Below, in pieces: positions 27,061 to 33,881 of a stretch of 33,881 nt of DNA. Numbering within the stretch: position 1 is the stretch's first letter; every line of letters starts with the position of its first letter. The notes beneath the pieces were generated by a model. That model was not told the DNA's origin. It did not search any database and saw only the letters and a program-made list of their open reading frames with translations. This DNA is from Dehalococcoidia bacterium. GTDB taxonomy: Bacteria; Chloroflexota; Dehalococcoidia; DSTF01; JALHUB01. A program made the position numbers and the translations under genes. The stretch spans positions 1 to 33,881 of the forward strand of contig DAOUEO010000050.1 of assembly GCA_034430455.1 (NCBI GenBank), in the 5' to 3' direction.

Positions 27061-27856
27061 CAAGCTGAAGCCTAACAACAAGCTGCGGGTGGGGTTTTTC
27101 GGCATTACCGGGTGCGCCGGCTGTCTGGAATCGGTCATCTTCAACGAGAATGAGATCGTCGACCTCTTCAATCTGGTGGACGTGCAGGCGTTCCCCTTCA
27201 TCAAGGGCGCCAACAGTGAGAAGGACCTGGACGTGGCGTTCATGGAGGGGCTGGTCGCCTCGCCGCGAGACCTGGAGACCCTCAAGCGGGTGCGGGAGAG
27301 TGCGCGCACGCTGGTGGCGCTTGGGGCCTGCGCCGACACGGGTTGCATCCCCGCCTACCGCCACTTCACACCGCGCGAGAACTACGAGCACCTTGTTTTT
27401 GAGAAGGAAGACGACATCAAGGACGTCGACCCAACGCCTATCGACGCCCATGTGAAGGTGGACTTCACCATCCCCGGCTGTCCGCCCAATGGCAAGGAGA
27501 TACTGGAGGTGGTCAAGGCGGTGGCAGCGGGGAAGAATCCTCGCCCCTACCGCAACCCCGTCTGCATCGAGTGCCGGAGGAGGGGAAACTTCTGTCTCCT
27601 GGAGTACGGGAAGCCCTGTCTCGGTCCCATCACCCAGGGCGGCTGCAACGCCGTATGTCCCAGCGGCGGCTTCGAGTGTTGGGGCTGCCGCGGCGAGACG
27701 GACGACGCCAACCTTCCCGCCTTCATCGAGCTTTTGCAGAGCAAGGGATTCGACTGGGATTTCATCCAGAAGCGCCTGCGGACGTTCGTCGGCCTGAAAG
27801 TGCCGGCACTGGAGCCGATCCGACAGGCAATGCTGGAAGCGGAGAAAGCCAAATGA
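27053..27856 (+). CDS. hyhS: Group 3b [NiFe]-hydrogenase small (delta) subunit
   Basis: Small-subunit Cys pattern GITGCAGC, GACADTGC, IPGCPP, plus distal cluster cysteines (CIECRRRGNFC, CLGPITQGGCNAVCP, CWGC). GTG start overlapping the hyhG stop. Confidence 0.85.
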   Translation: MNDKLKPNNKLRVGFFGITGCAGCLESVIFNENEIVDLFNLVDVQAFPFIKGANSEKDLDVAFMEGLVASPRDLETLKRVRESARTLVALGACADTGCIPAYRHFTPRENYEHLVFEKEDDIKDVDPTPIDAHVKVDFTIPGCPPNGKEILEVVKAVAAGKNPRPYRNPVCIECRRRGNFCLLEYGKPCLGPITQGGCNAVCPSGGFECWGCRGETDDANLPAFIELLQSKGFDWDFIQKRLRTFVGLKVPALEPIRQAMLEAEKAK

Positions 27857-29127
27857 GCAAGACCATCGATCTGGAAGAGATGACCAAGATTGAGGGGCAC
27901 GCTACCCTGAGGCTGCGTGTCTCCAACGGCGAGGTAGAGCACTGCGAGATACGCGCCCTGGAGGGCAGCCGCTATTTCGAGGGGCTCCTTCGCGACCGCC
28001 TCTACAGCGAGGCCTCCGAGATCTCTAGCCGCATCTGTGGCATCTGTAGCTGTGCCCACACGCTGTGCGCCCATCAGGCGATCGAGAACGCCCTCGGCGT
28101 CTCCGTCAGTGCTCAGACCAGGGAGCTGCGGCGGCTCTTGAACCTGGGCGAGTCCATCCGCAGTCATGCCGCCCATCTCTACTTCCTGGCGTTGTCCGAC
28201 TATCTGGGAATGCCCTCGACCCTCGCCCTTGCCCTGGAGCAGCGGGGCGCCGTAGAGAGGGCGATCACGCTGATGAAGCTGGGAAACGATCTCGTTCGCG
28301 TCATCGGCGGCCGCGACATCCATCCGGTCTCTATTACCGTGGGCGGCCACCTGAGGATACCCCGCCAGAGCGAGCTGGACGAGATAAGGGCCCGTCTGGA
28401 GGCGCTGCGGCCCGCCGCCGTGGCCACGGCGGAGCTGTTCAACAGCCTTCCCTATCCGGAGTTGCACGACAGCGCCGAGCGCTTCTCCCTGCGCAGCGAC
28501 AAGGAGTACGCCCTCATCGCAGGCTCCATCCGCAGCGCCGAGCACGAGTTCGAGCAGAAGGACTACGCCCAGTTTGTCAGCGAGTACCATGAGCCCCAGA
28601 ACACGGCGAACTTCGTCGTGCGGGAGGGGCATACGTACATGGTGGGCGCCCTGTCCCGCGTCGCCAACAGCGCGGACCAGCTCTCCACGGAGGCGAAGTC
28701 TCTGTTCAAGGCCGGGCCGATCCCCAAGGGGCTGGACAACCCGTTCCTGATCAACGCCGCCCAGGGCGTGGAACTTGTGCAGAACTTCGACGATACCCTG
28801 GCCATCCTGGAGAAGCTGCGGCCCGAGCCTGAGCCAGTGCCCCAGGTGCGGGTGCAGGCGGGACACGGCATCGCCGCCGTGGAGGCGCCACGAGGCACAC
28901 TCTGGCACGAGTATGAGCTGGACGACAGCGGCAAGATCCGCCACGCCAACATCATTACTCCCACGGCGCAGAACCTGCGCTCTATGGAGGAGAGCCTCCA
29001 AGCGCTCCTGCCGCAGGTGGTCAATCTTGGGAGAGACGGCATAGTCGGGGAGGCTGAGAAGCTGATCAGGTCTTATGACCCATGCTTGTCCTGCGCCGTC
29101 CACTTCCTGAACGTGGAGTGGCTATAA
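27853..29127 (+). CDS. hyhL: Group 3b [NiFe]-hydrogenase large (alpha) subunit
   Basis: N-terminal RICGICSCAH and C-terminal DPCLSCAVH Ni-Fe ligand motifs. IEGH near the N-terminus. ATG 27853 forms an ATGA overlap with the hyhS stop. The track ORF (27571) is over-extended. Confidence 0.92.
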   Translation: MSKTIDLEEMTKIEGHATLRLRVSNGEVEHCEIRALEGSRYFEGLLRDRLYSEASEISSRICGICSCAHTLCAHQAIENALGVSVSAQTRELRRLLNLGESIRSHAAHLYFLALSDYLGMPSTLALALEQRGAVERAITLMKLGNDLVRVIGGRDIHPVSITVGGHLRIPRQSELDEIRARLEALRPAAVATAELFNSLPYPELHDSAERFSLRSDKEYALIAGSIRSAEHEFEQKDYAQFVSEYHEPQNTANFVVREGHTYMVGALSRVANSADQLSTEAKSLFKAGPIPKGLDNPFLINAAQGVELVQNFDDTLAILEKLRPEPEPVPQVRVQAGHGIAAVEAPRGTLWHEYELDDSGKIRHANIITPTAQNLRSMEESLQALLPQVVNLGRDGIVGEAEKLIRSYDPCLSCAVHFLNVEWL

Positions 29128-29140
29128 GGAGGCGAACACG

Positions 29141-29641
29141 ATGTCGGAGAAAGTACGAATCCTGGCACCGGTCGACGGCACACCCGAAGGGGAAGCGGTA
29201 GTGCCAGTAGCCATGAAGCTAATGGAGCTCTATGGGGGCGAGCTAATGTTGGTGCGGCTGGTCGAGGCGATAGACGCCTTTGGGCCGTACGAGCGGTCTG
29301 ACATAGTGCGGATGGTGGAGGAGAACAGGACCTATCTGCACGATCTAGTCCAGCGTTGGGAGCTGCCGGCCGAGCAGACGCAGTGTCTGGTAAACCATAC
29401 CGACAACGCGGCGAAGGAGATCATTCACATAGCGAAGGCCAGCGAGGCCAGCGTGATCGTCATGGTGGGGCACCGCAAGAAAGGGCTGCTGCGCCGGCTT
29501 CGGGGTAGTGTCTGCGACGACGTGGTACGCGCCAGGGTTTGTCCGGTGGTGGTGGTGCCGGCGGGGGGCGGGGACTGGTACAAGTTCCTGGCAGAGGTGA
29601 CGCCGACGGACGCGGACGCAATTGCGAGGACGCCGGAGTAG
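29141..29641 (+). CDS. Universal stress protein family (paralogue 2)
   Basis: VRILAPVDGTPE...YLHDLVQRWELPAEQTQCLVNHTDNAAKE...GHRKKGLLRRLRGSVCDDVVRARVCPVVVVP. AAGGAGG RBS 13 nt after the hyhL stop suggests co-transcription with the hydrogenase. Confidence 0.85.
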   Translation: MSEKVRILAPVDGTPEGEAVVPVAMKLMELYGGELMLVRLVEAIDAFGPYERSDIVRMVEENRTYLHDLVQRWELPAEQTQCLVNHTDNAAKEIIHIAKASEASVIVMVGHRKKGLLRRLRGSVCDDVVRARVCPVVVVPAGGGDWYKFLAEVTPTDADAIARTPE

Positions 29642-29835
29642 GTGAAGGGCCCAGGCGGGGTGATGTTGTCGAAGGGGATGTATGCCGTGGTTCCAGGTTG
29701 GCAGCATGCCTTAGTCAAGGGAAGCGAAGCTCCTGGCCTGTCGCAGGTGCGCTCCATCGGGTGCAGCATGAATGCGCGAGGCTGGGTGCTCGGCAAAGGG
29801 GCCGGTAAGAGACTATGGAAAGAGGGGTCTGACCA

Positions 29836-30486
29836 ATGAATTCGACGATCCAACTCTACGCCCGAAGCTGGAATTTCTGGTTCGTGCTTGCCGTGTTCGC
29901 TGTGGCCACGATCCTCCAGTACCCGGAGCAACTGCCCATCGTAGGCGGAGACGCTCCTAGCTCGTTACTTGGCCTCGAGAGGCATTCCCTGGAACGAGTG
30001 GTCTACTTGGTGCCGATAGTTTACGGCGGCCTCGTTCTCGGCATGAGATTCGGTGTGGTGGTTGCCGTGGTCGCCCTGGCGGCAATGGTGCCGCGCGTTA
30101 TCTGGATCTCCGAGGCCCCCGCTGACGCGGCCTTCGAATCCACCGCCGTCGCCGCGGTTGGAGTAGCTGTCAACGTCTGGTTCGACGCCTATCAGACCCA
30201 GAGGAGGCGTCTTGAGAGGACGGTGTCAGAGCTGCAGGCGGCACGAGACCAGCTTCACGCCGGCCTCCAGGCCACTAAGCGAAGTGAGCCAGAAAAGGAG
30301 CCGGGGCGGAGGCGGAGCGCCCCCGAGTTGACCGGCGACACTGCGCAAGGGTTGGCCGCTCTGTCGCGGGAGGTTGAAGGCTTGGCTGCCAGCACTGGGA
30401 GCCGATTCGAGGGCCTGAGTCAGCGGATCGAGAAGGTCCAGGAACGCCTCGATGAGATCTTGGCCAGCATGAGCCACTCTGAGTAA
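29836..30486 (+). CDS. Truncated paralogue of the sensor kinase: membrane sensor module, coiled coil and degenerate DHp helix; no GAF, PAS or ATPase domains
   Basis: Gapless hand alignment of residues 5-138 with residues 5-138 of the kinase at 21502..23520 gives about 77/134 identities. The C-terminal ELTGDTAQGLAALSREVEGLA aligns with the kinase H-box DLHDETAQELVALSRELDKLA, with His replaced by Thr. Confidence 0.7.
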   Translation: MNSTIQLYARSWNFWFVLAVFAVATILQYPEQLPIVGGDAPSSLLGLERHSLERVVYLVPIVYGGLVLGMRFGVVVAVVALAAMVPRVIWISEAPADAAFESTAVAAVGVAVNVWFDAYQTQRRRLERTVSELQAARDQLHAGLQATKRSEPEKEPGRRRSAPELTGDTAQGLAALSREVEGLAASTGSRFEGLSQRIEKVQERLDEILASMSHSE

Positions 30487-30527
30487 GACACCTGCCCCCC
30501 GATACCGGGCGGGCTTCGAAACGCAGA

Positions 30528-30561
30528 GGTGGCTCAGGGTGCCCCGCTGCCCTGAGCCACC
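30528..30561. terminator. Perfect 12-bp stem hairpin between convergent genes
   Basis: GGTGGCTCAGGG-(10 nt)-CCCTGAGCCACC, 42 nt after the stop at 30486. The minus-strand reading is followed by a partly T-rich stretch (TCTGCGTTTCG). Candidate bidirectional terminator. Confidence 0.4.
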
Positions 30562-30792
30562 AAGATCTCACGGGCCGCTCCAGCAGGTGCTATTTGTGAG
30601 CATCAGGGAGCGGCGAGTTGCCAAGCCCTGCGGGTGGCCGCCAATTCGCCCGCCCTCGACCGGCCGGGATCGGCGCCTACCGGGTCGCCTGGTTGCATTC
30701 CCCGACGGCCTCGCCGCAGGCCGTGAACTGCCGCGTTGTGCCGGTCGCTGCGTTCGCCGTGTCGCGGTCGATGGGCGATATGCGGCCCTTTG

Positions 30793-33501
30793 TTATCCCA
30801 CCCCCGCCGGTCGCGCCGGCTCGACGCGCACGGCGCAGGCCTTGTACTCCGGCGTCTGAGCGATGGGGTCGTAGGCGTCATTGGTGAGGATGTTGGTTAT
30901 CGCCTGCTCAGGGAAGTGGAAGCTGAGGAAGACGACCCCCTCGGGCGAGCGGTCGGTGAGTCGAGCGGCGACCGTAACCTCGCCGCGCCTGGACACGATG
31001 CGCACTCTCTCCCCATCCTCGATCCCCAGCCGTTGTCCGTCGGTGGGGTTGATCTCGACCGTCTCCTCGGGCAGGAGGAGACGTATGCCCGGCGAGCGGC
31101 CGGTCTGGGTGTGGGTGTGATAGGCGGGGAGACGCCGGCCCGTCGTGAGGACGAGCGGGAACTCCTCATCGGGCTGCTCAGCGGGAGGCGTGTACCCCAC
31201 AGGCCGGAAGTAGGCGGTCTGCTTACCCTCCCACAGCTCGCTATGGAGGTACTGCGTTCCCGGATGATCGGGGGCGGGGCAGGGCCACTGGATGCCATCG
31301 CCTTCCAGGCGCTCATATGAGATGCCGGCGAAGGGAGGTGTCTGAGCGGCCATCTCGTCCCACACCTGTGAGACGTCGTCGTAGCTCATCGGGTAGCCCA
31401 GGCGGGTTGACAGCTCCGCCACGATGCGCCAGTCGTCACGGGCCACGCCCGGCGGCTCGACTGCTTTCCGCACCCGCTGGACGCGCCGCTCCGTGTTCGT
31501 GATCGTGCCGTCGGTCTCGGCGAACGAGGCCGCGGGCAGCACCACGTCGGCGAGCGCGGCGGTGTCGGTCAAGAAGATGTCCTGGACGACGAGGAGGTCG
31601 ACCGCCTCCAGGGCGCGCCTGGCCTTCGAGGCGTCCGCCTCGGAGATGAGCACGTTCTCGCCCATCACGTACACGGCCTTGATGCGGCCCTCCAGCATCG
31701 CGTCGACGGCGGCGACCTTGGTGATGCCGGGGCGGTCGGGCAGGCTCACGCCCCACGCCTGCTCCCACTTCCGCCGGACGTCATCGTTGGCGATCTTCTG
31801 ATAGCCGGGGAGATCGACGGGCCCGCTGCCCATGTCGCAGGCGCCCTGGACGTTGTTCTGGCCCCTCAACGGGTTCACGCCGGAGCTGGGCAGGCCGAAG
31901 TTGCCGCAGAGCAGGGCCAGGTTGGAGAGCGACTGCACGTTCTGGACGCCGCAGGTGTGCTGGGTGATGCCCATGGTGTAGATGATGGCGGCCGGCTTCG
32001 TGGTCGCGTACTCCCGGGCAGCCGCGACGATCTCCTCGGCGGGCACGCCGGTGATCTGCTCCGCGCGCTCGGGCGTGAACTCCTGGACGGAGCTTCGGAA
32101 CTCCTCGAACCCTTCCGTGTGCCGCTCGATGAAGTCGCGGCTCTCGAGGCCCTCTTCGATGATCACGCGAGCCATGGCGTTGAAGAGCGCCGTGTCTGTG
32201 CCGATGCGCAGCCGCAGCCAGCGGGTGGCGTGGTCCGTCAGCTCGATACGCCGCGGGTCGGCGACAATCAGCTTGGCGCCCCGGCGCGCCGCCTCCTTGA
32301 CGCGGAGCGCCAGGACGGGATGCGTCTCCGTGGTGTTGGTGCCGACGGCGAGTATGAGCCCGGCTTCCTCCAGCTCAGCGACGCTGTTGGTCATCGCCCC
32401 CTTGCCTACCGTCGTCGCCAGACCGGCGACCGTTGCGGCATGTCAGTTGCGGGCGCAGTTATCGATGTTGTTGGTGCCGATGGCGGCGCGCGCCATCTTC
32501 TGCGTGAGGTAGTTCGCCTCGTTCGTGGCTTTCGCCGAGCTCCAGAGGACAATCGAGTCGGGCCCGAAGGCGTCTTTGATAGACCCCAGGCGCTCGGCGA
32601 TGAGGTCGTACGCCTCGTCCCAGGTGGCCTCGCGGAACTCGCCGTTCTCGCGGATGAGGGGAGTGGTGAGCCGGTCCGGGCTGTGGACGAACTCCCAGCC
32701 GAACTGACCCTTGATGCAGAGCGAGCCACGACTCACCGGCGACTCGAAATCCGGCCGCACGCCGACGATCCGCCCGCCCGCCACGTCCAGATAGAAAGTA
32801 CAGCCGGTGCCGCAGAAGGGACAGGTGGTCTTCACCGACCTCTCGATCTCTCCGGCCTTCGCTAGACCCAGGCGCAGTCGATCCGCGAGGGCGCCCGTCG
32901 GGCAGGTATTGATGCACTGTCCGCAGAATACGCAGGTCGTGTCCATCAACCCGCGGTCGAAGAGGGTGGTGATCTGCGTGGCGAAGCCGTGGCTCCCGGG
33001 CACGATGGCGTGCGCCTGCTGGACCTCGTTGCAGATGCGGGTGCAGCGGTAGCAGGAGATGCACCAGTCGTAGTTGCGGAGGATAAACGGGTTGTCGTCG
33101 CCCGCTCTGGCGCCGCTCCCGACGCCGCGGAAGCGCGAGCCGGTGGCGCCGTACTCCGCGGCCAGGCGGTGCAGCTCGCAGGGGCCGATCTCACTGCAAT
33201 GCGGACACTCCCAGTCCGGCTGCTCCGAGAGCACCAGCTCGAGAAGTCCCCGCCGGTACTCGCGCAGGGCGTCGCTTTCGGTCCGCACCCTGAGCCCTTC
33301 CGAGGCAGGCAGGGTACAAGCGGCAAGCATCTGCGGCCGACCCTCGATCTCCACCATACAGAGCCTGCAGGAACCCGCCGGCTCCAGGCGCGGGTCGTAG
33401 CAGAGAGTAGGGATATCGACGCCTGTCCTGCGGGCGACCTCCAGGACCGTCTCTCCCTCAGTGAACCCGACCGCAGTGCCGTTGATCGCCATCTGACCCA
33501 T
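30793..33501 (-). CDS. fdhA: Cytoplasmic NAD-linked-type formate dehydrogenase alpha subunit (NuoG-like Fe-S N-terminus plus Mo/W-bisPGD domain), selenocysteine-containing (TGA 32445..32443 read as Sec)
   Basis: Track ORFs 32443..33522 and 30793..32394 are in the same frame. The joined context is IDNCARN-U-HAATVAGLATTVGKGAMTNS. N-terminal [2Fe-2S] (CYDPRLEPAGSCRLC...AC), two ferredoxin motifs (CISCYRCTRIC, CVFCGQCINTCPTGA), then CPFCGTGC...LCIKG. No signal peptide. I prefer ATG 33501 (GGAGGAG RBS), 1 nt after the upstream gene's TGA. Confidence 0.9.
32414..32430 (-). other. SECIS-like hairpin for the fdhA UGA
   Basis: Minus strand GUCGCC-GGUCU-GGCGAC: a 6-bp perfect stem. The loop GGUCU again falls at +22..+26 from the U of UGA, the same loop and register as the fdnG element. 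Confidence 0.6.
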
Positions 33502-33502
33502 G

Positions 33503-33881
33503 TCATGCTCCTCCGCATTCACCTGCCGGGCAGCGCCCTTCCCGGCTATGCGCTCGCCACTCCTCGCTGAAGTGGGTCAGCAGGTGCCTGGTCACCAGGC
33601 CCGCCGCCGGGCCCAGCCCGCAGGCCGCCCCCGCGCCCACGATCTGACTTATCTCCAGCAAGTCGCCTTCCTCAACCGAGTAGAAGCGGACTGCCCTGCC
33701 CAGATACTCCCTCAATCGAGTGGTGCCGATCCGGCAGGGGAAGCACTTGCCACAGCTCTCGCCGGCGAAGAAGCGCACCGACTCGTAGGCGAAGCGCACC
33801 ATGCAGCGCGACCCGCCGATAGCCACCAAACAGCCTGAACCAAGGAACGCGTCATGCTCGCGAGGGCTCGCGAAGTCCAGC
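33503..33881 (-). CDS. NuoF-like (51-kDa type) NAD(H)-binding Fe-S subunit, probably the FDH diaphorase beta subunit; 5' end beyond the right window edge
   Basis: The reading frame is open to the window edge: LDFASPREHDAFLGSGCLVAIGGSRCMVRFAYESVRFFAGESCGKCFPCRIGT...ACGLGPAAG, the NuoF C-terminal [4Fe-4S] signature. Its stop is 1 nt before the fdhA ATG. Confidence 0.85.
   Translation of the reverse strand, partial: LDFASPREHDAFLGSGCLVAIGGSRCMVRFAYESVRFFAGESCGKCFPCRIGTTRLREYLGRAVRFYSVEEGDLLEISQIVGAGAACGLGPAAGLVTRHLLTHFSEEWRAHSREGRCPAGECGGA

Noticed and set aside
28990-29127. Possibility that the hydrogenase large subunit is a [NiFeSe] enzyme, given Sec usage in the FDHs.
   Set aside because: The C-terminal motif is DPCLSCAVH with ordinary Cys codons, and the gene has no in-frame TGA.
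30508-30525. TTCGAA-containing stretch (GGGCGGGCTTCGAAACGC) reminiscent of a tRNA T-loop. I considered tRNA-Sec because of the two selenoproteins.
   Set aside because: The flanks do not pair into a T-arm, and no acceptor or anticodon arms can be drawn. I found no tRNA-like structure in any intergenic region of the window.
1-33881. Scan for CRISPR arrays, IS or transposase genes, integrases, phage genes, toxin-antitoxin or defence-system genes.
   Set aside because: No regularly spaced repeat arrays were seen. Every substantial ORF is accounted for by respiratory, redox, regulatory or USP functions. The only repeats found are the short motifs and paralogous genes reported above.

Overview
High-GC bacterial chromosomal segment with GGAGG-type ribosome-binding sites. 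I saw no rRNA, tRNA, CRISPR array or mobile element. Positions 1-14.1 kb (minus strand) hold a complete nuoA-N complex I operon in 13 genes, with fused nuoCD and a long NuoG of about 915 aa. The nuoN 3' end runs off the left edge. A DUF1003 membrane-protein gene sits just upstream. Positions 14.9-33.9 kb form a formate/hydrogen redox island. It contains: (i) a Tat-exported FDH-N-type formate dehydrogenase whose alpha subunit is a selenoprotein (in-frame TGA at 15956-15958 with an fdhF-like SECIS hairpin), plus a 4x[4Fe-4S] beta subunit, an NrfD-type membrane subunit in place of cytochrome b, and FdhE; (ii) a GAF-PAS-HisKA_3 histidine kinase with a NarL/LuxR-type response regulator; (iii) a four-gene group 3b (sulfhydrogenase-like, pyridine-nucleotide-linked) [NiFe]-hydrogenase operon flanked by two paralogous universal stress protein genes; (iv) a short paralogue of the kinase that keeps its membrane sensor module and a degenerate H-box (His replaced) but has no GAF, PAS or ATPase domains; (v) on the minus strand, a cytoplasmic NuoG-like/Mo-bisPGD formate dehydrogenase alpha subunit that is also a selenoprotein (TGA at 32443-32445, same SECIS geometry), preceded by the 3' part of a NuoF-like diaphorase gene that runs off the right edge. 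The items most worth follow-up are the kinase-dead truncated sensor paralogue, the USP-bracketed hydrogenase cassette, the two ORF-caller-split selenoproteins, a Cys-to-Asp change at a conserved Fe-S ligand in the periplasmic FDH, and repeated palindromic or direct motifs in two divergent promoter regions. All functional calls come from by-eye motif recognition; no database search was run.
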